Source of the DNA: Acidobacteriota bacterium
Lineage (GTDB): Bacteria; Acidobacteriota; UBA6911; RPQK01
Direction: 5' to 3'
Assembly (NCBI GenBank): GCA_003819755.1
Contig: RPQK01000003.1
Span: 1-34,064, forward strand
DNA: 34,064 nucleotides
Numbering within the stretch: the stretch's first letter is position 1; the number at the start of each line of letters is the position of its first letter. The translations under genes were made by a program, and so were the position numbers. The notes beneath the pieces were generated by a model. It saw nothing but the letters and a program-made list of their open reading frames with translations. It had not been told where the DNA came from and did not search any database. This document shows, piece by piece, positions 1 through 9,285 of the stretch.

Positions 1-57
1 AGGAGCACGATGGACAAGCTAACACATATTGCGGTAAATTGAGCAATGACGATTGAG

Positions 58-472
58 AAGAAGACAGAAGACAGAAGACAGAAGACAGAAGTAAGAAGTC
101 AGAAGTCAGAAGTCAGAAGACAGAAGACAGAAGTCAGAAGTCAGAAGTCAGAAGTCAGAATGGGAAGGGCTGCTGCTCCTGTCACCTAACTTGCTTCGCT
201 CTTCTGATCTCTTTCTCTTCTGACTCTGACTTCGGCTCCGTCCCCATTCTGACTTCTGTCTTCTGCTCCGTTCCCATTCTGACTTCTGACTTCTGACTTC
301 TGACTTCTGCTCCGTTCCCATTCTGACTTCTGACTTCTGACTTCTGACTTCTGACTTCTGACTTCTCGATTTTCCGACTTCCGACTTCGGCTCCGTTCCC
401 ATTCTGACTTCTGACTTCTGACTTCTGACTTCTGTCTTCTGCTCCGTCCCCATTCCGATTTCCGACTTCGAC
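58..472. repeat. Inverted heptamer microsatellite array (GACAGAA/GTCAGAA arm, then TTCTGAC arm with interspersed 16-bp motif)
   Basis: About 14 G(A/T)CAGAA units at ~62-160. The reverse-complement unit TTCTGAC repeats over ~200-472, interrupted by GCTCCGT(T/C)CCCATTC at 235, 265, 309, 390 and 441. The array ends at the stop codon of the 473..1003 gene. Confidence 0.95.
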
Positions 473-1003
473 CTACTTTTCCGGCGCCCGTTCCCGCGGC
501 TCACGTCGCCCTCCGGGCGCGCCGCCGCCACGACGAACCGCTTCGCGGCGTTCCTGCGGTTCCAGGAGCTGGAAGAGCGGGCTTCGGACGCCGACCAGGT
601 GTGCGGTTTCCGACAGTTCGGCGAGCTTGGTCTGCTGTTCGGGCGTCAGAATCGCACTGATACGAGACTCAAAGCCCTCCTGTTCGGCTCTTATCTGCTT
701 CTGAACCGCGATTTTCTGGAGAACCAGTTTGCCGACAGCGGTGGGATCGCCGGTGTTCTCGGCCGCGTGGTAGATCTGCTCCTCAAAAACCTGGACCTGG
801 ACGTGAAGGTCACCCGTTCTGACCTCCATCGCCTGTTGTTCGTGCCGGATCGCCTGGACCTGCTGTTCGGTCAGTCCGAGCACTTCGCGCAGCCCTTTGG
901 ACCGTTCCTCTCGAATCTCCTGGCCCGCCCAGACAGACGCCGCCCAGGAACAAACGAGGACAACCACACCCAATGCCATCGCAAGCTTCAACCTGATTTT
1001 CAT
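473..1003 (-). CDS. Periplasmic Spy/CpxP (LTXXQ) family protein
   Basis: ATG at 1003 with AAAGGAG SD; signal peptide MKIRLKLAMALGVVVLVCSWAASVWA; two LTxxQ motifs (LGLTEQQ, ILTPEQQ); helical composition. Confidence 0.8.
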   Translation of the reverse strand: MKIRLKLAMALGVVVLVCSWAASVWAGQEIREERSKGLREVLGLTEQQVQAIRHEQQAMEVRTGDLHVQVQVFEEQIYHAAENTGDPTAVGKLVLQKIAVQKQIRAEQEGFESRISAILTPEQQTKLAELSETAHLVGVRSPLFQLLEPQERREAVRRGGGAPGGRREPRERAPEK

Positions 1004-1071
1004 AAAAGACTCCTTTCGTCCTTCGGCGACCAAGTTAGAACGGAGTCGGACACCAGTCATCAAAGCGCTGA

Positions 1072-1092
1072 AAAGAAGTTGTAAAGAAGTTG
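1072..1092. promoter_or_regulatory. Tandem direct repeat AAAGAAGTTG x2 (11-bp period), candidate response-regulator site
   Basis: Exact 10-mer at 1072-1081 and 1083-1092 in the divergent intergenic region upstream of the Spy/CpxP-like gene. Confidence 0.35.
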
Positions 1093-1134
1093 ACAAGTCG
1101 ACAAAAGTCGGCGTTCCGGCTTTGCCTGCGCGCC

Positions 1135-1143
1135 TGCTATACT
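1135..1143 (+). promoter_or_regulatory. Extended -10 promoter element (TGnTATACT)
   Basis: TGCTATACT lies 11 nt before the ATG at 1155 with no SD, consistent with a short-leader or leaderless transcript. Confidence 0.4.
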
Positions 1144-1154
1144 CTCTTACCCTG

Positions 1155-1643
1155 ATGACCCCCATCACGCATCTGCTTTTCCCTGCGGTCCTCGCGTCTC
1201 CTTTTCTTCCAAAATCCCGGCCGCGGGAGTTCTACGTCTCGGCCGGAATCGTGGCCCTTTCAGGAGTTCTGCCGGATATCATCAACCCGCACATTTCCCT
1301 GGCAGCGCGCTACGCGAGCTGGTCTCACAGTGTCTTCGCCCTGGCCGGTTTCACTCTGGTGGTTCTCGGCCTGACGGCGGCGATGCCTAAACGATTTCCG
1401 CTTGTCGTCGCCGCCCTCGCTTGTCTGGCCTACCTGAGCCACCTGCTGCTTGACGGCATATCCGGGGGCATCGCCGGCCTGTATCCCCTTTCCCGGGAGA
1501 TCCACGGCGGGCGGTTCATACGCTTCCGTTCCTGGCTCTACTTTGATGCCGTGCTCCTGTTTGCCGCCTATGTCGTGATCCGCCTGGTCCCCTCCATGAT
1601 TCGCAAGCGCGGACGAGCAACGAGAGCGACTGACGAAACATGA
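1155..1643 (+). CDS. Membrane-bound metal-dependent hydrolase (YdjM/DUF457-like)
   Basis: Motifs M-x4-H (MTPITH), LPD, SHS and SHLLLD, with hydrophobic helices. Confidence 0.8.
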   Translation: MTPITHLLFPAVLASPFLPKSRPREFYVSAGIVALSGVLPDIINPHISLAARYASWSHSVFALAGFTLVVLGLTAAMPKRFPLVVAALACLAYLSHLLLDGISGGIAGLYPLSREIHGGRFIRFRSWLYFDAVLLFAAYVVIRLVPSMIRKRGRATRATDET

Positions 1644-1704
1644 AGGCGCAGGCGGCGTACTCTGTTTCTTGAAAGCACTCAGCCGGTTAGTGAGAGGAGA
1701 CGAG

Positions 1705-2790
1705 ATGAATCGCAGGGAATTTCTGAGCTCTGCCGGTGCTGCGGTAGTCGCTGCCGGCACTGTCGCGGGCAGCAATCAGACGTCGGATGATATTAGTGCG
1801 ACAACTATTCCCCGGTGGAGGGGTTTTAATCTTCCGCCCAAATACAGAGGCCCGAAGTTCCTGGAGGAAGATTTCGCCCTGATAGCCGAGCTCGGCTTCA
1901 ATTTTGCCCGGCTCCCGATGTCTTACTGGTTGTGGGCCCGCCCGACAGACTGGTTAAACATCGACGAGAAGGCCCTCGAAGATGTGGACAAGGCTGTCGA
2001 GTACGGTCGCCAATACGGTGTCCATGTCAACATAAACTTCCACCGGATCCCGGGATACTGCGTGAACGGGCGAGAGCGAGAGCCCTTCGATCTTTTTCAG
2101 GGGCCGGAAGAAGGCCAGCAAAAGGCGCTGGACGCCGCCATCCATCACTGGAAGGTGTTTGCCGGGCGGTACAAGGGAATCCCCAACCGGCGGGTGAGTT
2201 TTGACCTGATGAACGAACCTCCGTTTTCGAAAACCGAGGATCGATATGTGCAGGTGGTGCGGGCGTTGGTGCAAGCCATCCGGGAGAAGGATCCGAACCG
2301 ACTGATCGTCGCCGATGGTCTGGATATCGGACAGACGCCGGTTATAGGAATTGTCGACTTAGGCCTGGTGCAGAGCACGCGCGGGTATCTGCCGAAGATG
2401 GTGAGCCATTACACGGCGACCTGGGTTCCGAAGAACGAGTTTGAAAGCTTCGCCACGCCGGCCTGGCCGATGACGGATGACAAAGGCCAGCTCTGGAATC
2501 GAGACAAGCTGAGGGCGGAGCTGATCGACAAATGGAAGCCGCTCGTGGAGAAGGGGGTCAAGATCCACGTCGGGGAATGGGGCTGTTACAGCAAGACTCC
2601 GCACGCCGCCGCCCTGGGCTGGATGGGCGATCTCATGTCCCTGTGGAAAGAAGCCGGCTGGGGTTACGCGATGTGGAACCTGTCCGGCGATTTCGGCATC
2701 CTCGACAGCCGCCGGGCCGATGTCGAGTACGAAGATTTCAAAGGCCACAAGCTCGACCGGAAGATGCTCGAGCTGATGAAGGAGTCGTGA
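1705..2790 (+). CDS. Glycoside hydrolase family 5 (cellulase family) protein with Tat signal
   Basis: GAGGAG SD then MNRREFL twin-arginine signal; GFNFARLP, acid/base NEP and nucleophile VGEWG motifs. Confidence 0.88.
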   Translation: MNRREFLSSAGAAVVAAGTVAGSNQTSDDISATTIPRWRGFNLPPKYRGPKFLEEDFALIAELGFNFARLPMSYWLWARPTDWLNIDEKALEDVDKAVEYGRQYGVHVNINFHRIPGYCVNGREREPFDLFQGPEEGQQKALDAAIHHWKVFAGRYKGIPNRRVSFDLMNEPPFSKTEDRYVQVVRALVQAIREKDPNRLIVADGLDIGQTPVIGIVDLGLVQSTRGYLPKMVSHYTATWVPKNEFESFATPAWPMTDDKGQLWNRDKLRAELIDKWKPLVEKGVKIHVGEWGCYSKTPHAAALGWMGDLMSLWKEAGWGYAMWNLSGDFGILDSRRADVEYEDFKGHKLDRKMLELMKES

Positions 2791-2813
2791 AGAGCTGATA
2801 GCCTGTCACCCTG

Positions 2814-5800
2814 TCACCGCAACGGCGTCGGCGGGACGGCGGACATCCTCGGGGTGGCGGTGTCGGCGAAGATCTCCTGCGTTATCACCGGTCCGTTGGC
2901 CGCTACGTGGACGAATCCCCGCACCTGGCCGGTTGTCGACGGAACGAGCTCGTGGAGGAGTGCGCTCTTCCGCGTCTTTGGCTGCAAGACGAACTCTCCT
3001 TGCCCGCTTTTCACCGCCTGGTGATCGAAAACAGTCAGCCGGACCGTAACAACCGCGTTGCCCGGGTTGTAAAAAGCCAGCCCGGTATAGTATCCCGCGC
3101 CATTGGCCAGATGGCTGAACACGGCCTCGCGGAAAAACGGTTCCGATTGAAGAGGCAGAGCGGCTGCGGATGCAATTCCGGGCTCGTCCCCAAAAATCAC
3201 GCAACCCGACACTCCGGGCCCATCCGACTGGATATCGAGCGAACCGACTATTCCCGTCTGAGATAGATCGAGACTGCCTTTGCCGTCCAATCGAACCATG
3301 AAGCCAGGACCGATTGAGATCGGGCCGGCGAGCGTCAGGCGGAGTCCGGTTTCCGACCGCACGGCCAGCGTCACCCGTCGATCATGCTCGGATTGATTGA
3401 GCAGGACGATTTCGGTGAACACGCCGGGGACAGTCGCAAATTGCGCCGAGAAGAGCCTCGAGCTGGCGCTTGGATACTGGGGAGGCACGCAAAAGAGGCT
3501 TGATCCTCCTCCGACATCCACCCAGTGAGAGGCGATCACACCACCTCCGTTCAGAACATCGACGGCAATGTAAGCCTGAGACAGAACATCATTAGCGCCA
3601 AACAGGTCGGATACGGTCGCGGATAGCATTCCCCGAGCCGGCAAGATTTTTTCAGCCTGAAGCGGTTCAGCAATCGGATCACCTCCCCGCTTCAGTCTCA
3701 ACCGGACCGTAACCGGCTCGTCGTTTGGGTTGGCGAGGTTCACGTGAGTGACCGCGTCTTGTGACCGGAAAGCGCCGGGACCCGAGAAAACGGGCGCGAG
3801 GAAGAAGGTCCGTGATGAGACGGTAAAGGTGGAGCCGCCATCAAGTTGGCTCGGACTCCCGAGCATCTGTATGCTTCCCACCCGCCTGTTCTCACCGAGG
3901 ATTTCGACCCAGCCTTGAGATGCTAAACCGGGGAAAAGCTCGTCGGCCATCTCTGCCATCTGGCCGTTTGCGGGGAGAAGCCGCCTGGCTGTTGACGAAG
4001 CGCCGGTCGTCGTCCGGGCCTTAAGCTCCAGCCAGCCCGGCTCACCGGCGTTTGCGAACGCGAGGCTGGCCATAGGCCAGGGCGAACCGGTGAACAGAGG
4101 GATGAAACTTCGGAACGACATAGCATCCGAAACGGTGTTCTGTCCGCCGGGACTTCCGCCCAGCCGAGTGCTTGCAGCCCAGCTGGCAGCCGAAGTTGCC
4201 GGGCCGTCCGGGTCAGCTCGCTCAAGCGATGGCCCACTCCCGCCTGGTGCGGCGGGCCAGGGAAATTGGCTCGAATAGATGACCGTATCGATCACGGACT
4301 TGGATGGGTTCGCCAGCGTCAGCGTGCCGCCGGTGTCCGGCAGACTGCCCTTGTACTCCCCCGCCAGGTAGAGGCCGCTCCCGTATACCTGACGGAAGCG
4401 GGTATCCTTCTTCGCAAACAGAACACGATCCCGCGGCAGGATGACCGTTCCCGGCGGAACTGTGAGGCTGATTTCGGCGATAGTCCAGCTCGAGAGGTCG
4501 ACCGATTCTTCGAAGGAGCAGTTGAACAACTCGATGTATTCGTCGTCGGTCCCGTTCGTCGGTGCGTACATGATCTCGTTGATGACCACCCGCAGGGTGC
4601 TCGACTGTGGCGCGGGGATTCCGTCCGGGACTCGATGCGTGACGAACAGGTGCTCTCGACGGGGCAGGAGGTAGCCCTCTTTCAGGTGTCCCACCGCTTC
4701 GGCCAGACTCTGCTCTTCTCCGTACTGTCCCCAGCGCGCGGCATCCTGCTGGGCCTCGGGTGCGAAGAGCGGGACCAGGGCGTCGATTCGACTCTCGTAC
4801 TTGCCGGGTACCAGGAGAAGGTCCATCAGGGTGCGAAGTCGCCGCAGGTACATCTGTCGGATATCGGCCTCATCCAGCAGGGCATCGATCAGCCGGTTCC
4901 ACAGGAAATCCCACTTCTGATGCCGCCGGTCGCCGAAGAGCGGGTGGCTGGGTGTCACGTCTTCCCGCTCGGGGATAACGTCCACGTCAGCCCAAATGGA
5001 GTCGTTGAGGACCAGGCCGTATTGGTCGTAGGGCGGGCCCACATAGTTGCGGCCAAAGGTCAGGTCGAGATCCCAGGGGAACATCGTCCATCGCCCGGTT
5101 CCCACAGTGTCGCGGTACAGGTAGTAGTTCTTGTTCATGTGATCGTTGTTGTGGATGATCACATTCACGGCCAGGTAGTTGATCACGGCGGGGATGTTGA
5201 CATTATCGAAAAGGTAACGTCGACGCGCCTCCCGGTCCGGCCCGTTGATTTTCTGCAGGAATTCCGCCAGGTCCGTATAGTCCTCCCACTCCCGGTTCTC
5301 CTTTTCGTATGAGAGCCTCAGCTCGGCTTGAGAGGCCGGAGAGGCGTCCGCTTCGACGTCGGCCTTGTAATGAGCCCCTTCGTCGCCGAGCCCGTGCCGT
5401 CCCAACCAGTCTTCGTCGGGCTGTTCCAGAAAGACATAGAGCCCGAAGAACTTGCCGTTCTGATGCAGGCGGACGTGAAAAACCCGGTTGGCCGGTACAC
5501 CGGCTTCCTCGAAACTCTCCCAGGACAGGATCTCTCGCGAATAGGTCTTGTCCGAGTAGCTGCCTTGAAGGTTGAAACGGTCGACTGGAGCAGGGAGCCG
5601 GCCTGTTATCTTGAAATCGTGACTTTTTGCCGCCATGAACTTCCAATGGAGCTTCGGCCACCAACGGGCGGACCCGCCTCGCACTCGGCACTGCACTGAA
5701 TCGTAAACGTCGCCGTCGTACACGAGGGCGGCCGGCTCGGTCAGGTCTGTGTGGGCATGCTCGAGCGCCCGTTCGTACCGGCTCGGGTCGATGAACCAGT

Positions 5801-6680
5801 GGACAACCGGAAGCTGCGTCACGAGCCTCGGGTCCTCGACGAAGTACCCGGTGTTCTGGATCGTGTCATCGAATCGGGGGTAGCCGTTCTGGCCGAGCGG
5901 GCCGAGTGCGTGGACTCGAAACCGGACCAGGGAACCACCAGGCTGGGCCGGGATGGTGGCCTTGTACAACAGGGTGCCGGGGGCACCGGCTCCGGCCGCT
6001 GTCATCGACATCGAATGCTCGCCGTCCACATTGACGCGGTAGATGAGAAGAACCGTGAAGGCATCTGCCACTGTCGCGGTGACTTCCACGGCTTCGCCCG
6101 GAGACGGTTTCTTAGCGAACTCGACTTTGCTTATCCAGGCAGGCAGGCCGACGGCGCTGACACTGTTCCGCCGTCCCGGAGTCTGGCTTCCTCCCTGGGC
6201 GGCCCGCCAGTTGCGCGGCGTGCCATTGTCCGAGAGGGGGTCAATGACTTCCAGGGAGGGGCCCAGTCCGTCGGGCAAAACCGGCCAAGGCCACTCGTCG
6301 GAGTACTCGACCTCGTCGACGACCGCGCCGGCGGAGTCGGTCAGCCTGACCAACTCTCCTCCGTCATCCAGTTTCCCCGTGTAAACGAAATTCGGCCAGA
6401 ATCCATACGCTTGTGCCACAGCCGAGGCGTCACGGGCAATCACCAGGTGCTGGCCTGCACCGATCAGACCTCCCGGCGGGAAAGTGAAGCGGACCCCGGC
6501 GGAGAAGCTCCAGCCGGCAATATCAAGTGTTTCCGTTCCCGTGTTCAGGAGCTCGATGTATTCCGCTTCTTCGGGAACTCCCTCGCCAGGGCTGTACATC
6601 AGCTCGTTGATGACCACTTGGCCCTGGAGGTGGATGCAACAGGCGACACACAAAGCGACGCAGGCGGCAAGCTTCAACAT
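2814..6680 (-). CDS. Secreted CotH kinase family protein with two lamin-tail domains (LTD) and C-terminal beta-rich domains
   Basis: Signal peptide; two VVINE(L/I)MY...EYIEL LTD motifs; CotH motifs RVRGGS, NG-FFGLY, HNNDHMNKNYYLY and PWDLDLTFG. Confidence 0.88.
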   Translation of the reverse strand: MLKLAACVALCVACCIHLQGQVVINELMYSPGEGVPEEAEYIELLNTGTETLDIAGWSFSAGVRFTFPPGGLIGAGQHLVIARDASAVAQAYGFWPNFVYTGKLDDGGELVRLTDSAGAVVDEVEYSDEWPWPVLPDGLGPSLEVIDPLSDNGTPRNWRAAQGGSQTPGRRNSVSAVGLPAWISKVEFAKKPSPGEAVEVTATVADAFTVLLIYRVNVDGEHSMSMTAAGAGAPGTLLYKATIPAQPGGSLVRFRVHALGPLGQNGYPRFDDTIQNTGYFVEDPRLVTQLPVVHWFIDPSRYERALEHAHTDLTEPAALVYDGDVYDSVQCRVRGGSARWWPKLHWKFMAAKSHDFKITGRLPAPVDRFNLQGSYSDKTYSREILSWESFEEAGVPANRVFHVRLHQNGKFFGLYVFLEQPDEDWLGRHGLGDEGAHYKADVEADASPASQAELRLSYEKENREWEDYTDLAEFLQKINGPDREARRRYLFDNVNIPAVINYLAVNVIIHNNDHMNKNYYLYRDTVGTGRWTMFPWDLDLTFGRNYVGPPYDQYGLVLNDSIWADVDVIPEREDVTPSHPLFGDRRHQKWDFLWNRLIDALLDEADIRQMYLRRLRTLMDLLLVPGKYESRIDALVPLFAPEAQQDAARWGQYGEEQSLAEAVGHLKEGYLLPRREHLFVTHRVPDGIPAPQSSTLRVVINEIMYAPTNGTDDEYIELFNCSFEESVDLSSWTIAEISLTVPPGTVILPRDRVLFAKKDTRFRQVYGSGLYLAGEYKGSLPDTGGTLTLANPSKSVIDTVIYSSQFPWPAAPGGSGPSLERADPDGPATSAASWAASTRLGGSPGGQNTVSDAMSFRSFIPLFTGSPWPMASLAFANAGEPGWLELKARTTTGASSTARRLLPANGQMAEMADELFPGLASQGWVEILGENRRVGSIQMLGSPSQLDGGSTFTVSSRTFFLAPVFSGPGAFRSQDAVTHVNLANPNDEPVTVRLRLKRGGDPIAEPLQAEKILPARGMLSATVSDLFGANDVLSQAYIAVDVLNGGGVIASHWVDVGGGSSLFCVPPQYPSASSRLFSAQFATVPGVFTEIVLLNQSEHDRRVTLAVRSETGLRLTLAGPISIGPGFMVRLDGKGSLDLSQTGIVGSLDIQSDGPGVSGCVIFGDEPGIASAAALPLQSEPFFREAVFSHLANGAGYYTGLAFYNPGNAVVTVRLTVFDHQAVKSGQGEFVLQPKTRKSALLHELVPSTTGQVRGFVHVAANGPVITQEIFADTATPRMSAVPPTPLR

Positions 6681-6719
6681 GTCCTCACCCCGCGCCTACA
6701 ATGGCACGGGTGCGACGTC

Positions 6720-6817
6720 GCAAACAAGGGTTATCCACGAACGGCCACGGACCAACACGGACCCAATTTCCAAACGTCGATGTTCGTTCGTGTCAGTCCG
6801 TGTTCGTCGGTGTTTGC
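6720..6817. repeat. Inverted 10-mer microsatellite hairpin (CACGGACCAA-type)
   Basis: Left arm CCACGAACGGCCACGGACCAACACGGAC; right arm GTTCGTGTCAGTCCGTGTTCGTCGGTG; outer GCAAACA/TGTTTGC; 20 nt identical to 32169-32188. Confidence 0.75.
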
Positions 6818-6863
6818 TTGCTGTTTTTTAGTCCCTCATGAAAAAATCGCCCGCGGAGGGGAA

Positions 6864-7754
6864 ATGCTCTTATCTCGACGATACTTCGCCTGTCTTCTTG
6901 TCACTCTGACTGTTTGCCCAGCCCTGCGCGCGCAAGAGAACTCAAACCTCGATACCCGCATCCGTGCGGAAATCAGCCGGTTCGAGGGCAAGGTCAGCCT
7001 CTTCGCCAAGAACCTCGATACCGGCACGACGTACGCCTTTGGGGCGGACGATATGGTTCGCACGGCGAGCACGATTAAGATCCCCGTGTTGGTCGAGGCT
7101 TTTGCTCAAGTGGCTGAGGGGCGGGTCCGGTGGGCCGACAAAGTCATTCTGAAGGACGCTAAGAAGATTTCGGGCTCGGGGGTTTTGCAGGAGCTGTCGG
7201 ACGGGCTGGAGTTAACGTTGCGTGACGCCGTGACACTGATGATCGTCTTGAGCGACAACACGGCGACTAATCTCGCCCTGGACGTGCTGACGACCGATGC
7301 GGTCAATGCGCGGATAAGCGGGCTGGGCTTGAAGCACACCTTCCTTTTGAGAAAAGTCGGCGGCGGAGGGGTGAGCAAGGCGGGAGAAGACCCGGCGAAC
7401 GCGCGCTTCGGCCTTGGTGTCACCACCCCGCGGGAGATGGTTTTCCTGCTCGAGAAACTGGAGCGCGGAGAGGTGATATCGCCAGCCGCCTCCGCAGAGA
7501 TGATCAAGCTGTTAAAGCGCACCCAGGGCCACGAAGGGCTCGGGCGCACTCTGCAGGGTGTAGAGATGGCCACCAAGCCCGGCGCCCTCGACCGACTGCG
7601 CAGCGAGGTCGGGATCATTTACACCAAGCGCGGCCGGATCGCCGTCGCGATTACGTGTGATGATATGCCCAAACCGGAGTGGACGGTTGATAATCCCGGC
7701 TACCTGCTCCTATCCCGGCTTTCCCTCATCCTCATCGAGGGGCTGGCGAGCTGA
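6864..7754 (+). CDS. Class A beta-lactamase-like serine hydrolase (Beta-lactamase2 fold)
   Basis: GGAGG SD; signal peptide; SxxK (ASTIK), SDN, TTP and K-P-G motifs. Confidence 0.85.
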   Translation: MLLSRRYFACLLVTLTVCPALRAQENSNLDTRIRAEISRFEGKVSLFAKNLDTGTTYAFGADDMVRTASTIKIPVLVEAFAQVAEGRVRWADKVILKDAKKISGSGVLQELSDGLELTLRDAVTLMIVLSDNTATNLALDVLTTDAVNARISGLGLKHTFLLRKVGGGGVSKAGEDPANARFGLGVTTPREMVFLLEKLERGEVISPAASAEMIKLLKRTQGHEGLGRTLQGVEMATKPGALDRLRSEVGIIYTKRGRIAVAITCDDMPKPEWTVDNPGYLLLSRLSLILIEGLAS

Positions 7755-9285
7755 ACCGGGCCGCCGTTGCGGCGGCGAAAATCACCAGAACTCCGAGCGC
7801 CAGAAAGGTCAGGTCGAATTCCCTCCCGCCTTGCCTGCAGTGGAGAATCTCGGCAACGAGCAGGAGGATCACCGCCAGGGCAGGAGCCACCCAGGCGGCG
7901 CTCAGGAAGGAGCGTGGGCCCGGGACGTTTCTTCTCGCCAGGAAGGAAGACCAGGCGAGCGTAAAGGGGAAAAAATAGAAGAAGGCGTACGCGATTCGGG
8001 CGCCGTTGGTTCTTTTGGTGAACATCCCTGGGAGCGACTCCCGGCGCAAATCGAGACTTCCCGAAAGCACTCCGTTGACGAAAATCTTCAGGCGGCCTTC
8101 CCGAAAAACGACGATGGCCTGCGTCAGCTTCCGAGTCAGAGGTTGGTTCATGGTCGTGGCCGACAAAGCGCTCAGGCCGAGACCGGATACCGGCGTTCTT
8201 ACCCAGAAAACCAAGTCCCTGGAACTCTGCCCCAGCAGGAAATTCGTGCTGTCCTCCGCTCCTGCCAGATTAAAAATGAGCGCTGGCCCCTTTTGAATCA
8301 GATTCCGAGGGGCAAACCAGACTTCAACTGAGAACTCCTGGCTATTGCGCAACTTGTCAGTGATGCGGGAGCCGGTCAGTCGACCGGTCGAGAGGCGCGC
8401 CGGGTGGCGGATGTGGACTCCGCTCGCGGTCTTCCTCCAGCGCAGTCGCCCCGACCCCTCAAGATGCAGGTCGCCCCCCTGACCGGTCTTGTCGGCCAGA
8501 CCTGAACGCTGAGGCGGAGAGAATTCGTAGAGCGCGATTGGTTCGCCCGCGGCGTCCGACGCGACATGCGTTCCTTTTTGCATACAGGACAAATGCCGGC
8601 GGGCGCATTCCTCGTTCAGGGCGCGGCTGTAGATGGCGATGCGGTGCAAGTCGCCGTACCACGGCCGGGTCAGGCTCGTATTGTTTCCCGCATGGAAGCG
8701 GGCATCGCCGGACCATAATTGCGCCAGGTGCCAGTTTGGAAAGACGATCGGCATCGCCAGCGGCACCAAGGCGAGGATGGCCGCGATGGCGAGGAGGATT
8801 GGCCAGGTCAGCCTCGGATGCCACGCTCTGAACCAGCGCCGTATGTAGGCACTGGGCAAAGAGGCAACCACCACGGCGCCTGCCAGGGCACCGGTCCCAT
8901 TCGAAATAACGTCGGTGATTGAGGAGTGGCGGTTACGCACGAAGAACTGCACGAACTCCACTGAGAAGCTGAGCAGACAGCCGAGCAGCGCGACCACCAG
9001 TATCGGCCACCCCTTCCGCCTCTTGGCTCCCGCAAAATGCAAACAGGCGATCATCCCGAAAGGGACAAACAGGAGAATATTCGCGACGAAGTCCCCGGTG
9101 AAGAAGACCGTGTTGCCACGCTGAAGACGATGGACGAATTCCGGGAGTCTTGAAAGGATCGGACCGGACGACCACTCGAACGGGTACAAGGTGGCAATCA
9201 GCAGGTACCCGACGTAGAGCAAGAGCGGGCCGGTCAGCCGGATCGCAGGTAGTAATGGAGTGCGAGACCAGGTGTAGTTCTTAAT
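7732..9285 (-). CDS. VanZ-family membrane protein with LamG/ConA-like domain (start uncertain: 9285 ATT, 9237 CTG or 9222 TTG)
   Basis: VanZ motifs DFVANILLFVPFG, SFSVEFVQFF, RHSSITDVISNGTGA; LamG-like W-GDLHRIAIYSRAL, FSVEVW and LKIFVNG. The ORF portion above ~9290 is antisense to real genes. Confidence 0.75.
   Translation of the reverse strand: MKNYTWSRTPLLPAIRLTGPLLLYVGYLLIATLYPFEWSSGPILSRLPEFVHRLQRGNTVFFTGDFVANILLFVPFGMIACLHFAGAKRRKGWPILVVALLGCLLSFSVEFVQFFVRNRHSSITDVISNGTGALAGAVVVASLPSAYIRRWFRAWHPRLTWPILLAIAAILALVPLAMPIVFPNWHLAQLWSGDARFHAGNNTSLTRPWYGDLHRIAIYSRALNEECARRHLSCMQKGTHVASDAAGEPIALYEFSPPQRSGLADKTGQGGDLHLEGSGRLRWRKTASGVHIRHPARLSTGRLTGSRITDKLRNSQEFSVEVWFAPRNLIQKGPALIFNLAGAEDSTNFLLGQSSRDLVFWVRTPVSGLGLSALSATTMNQPLTRKLTQAIVVFREGRLKIFVNGVLSGSLDLRRESLPGMFTKRTNGARIAYAFFYFFPFTLAWSSFLARRNVPGPRSFLSAAWVAPALAVILLLVAEILHCRQGGREFDLTFLALGVLVIFAAATAARFSSPAPR

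Noticed and set aside
1-56. Possible 3' end of a four-helix-bundle gene (STMDK / ANTYCGK in adjacent frames)
   Set aside because: Too short, and the resemblance needs a frameshift; it cannot be supported without upstream sequence.
200-472. CRISPR-like pattern of a constant motif with variable-length spacers
   Set aside because: The motif is only 16 bp, the 'spacers' are heptamer repeats rather than unique sequence, and there are no cas genes.
148-531. 127-aa ORF of repeated QKSEVRS peptides
   Set aside because: It is the translation of the heptamer array, overlaps the end of a real gene and has no start signals.
6731-6739. TTATCCACG (also at 33943) resembling a DnaA box
   Set aside because: Isolated 8/9 matches with no cluster, AT-rich unwinding element or origin-type genes.
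5751-6863. N-terminal 371 aa of the 667-aa + strand ORF
   Set aside because: Antisense shadow of the CotH gene; the real gene starts at ATG 6864 with an SD and signal peptide.
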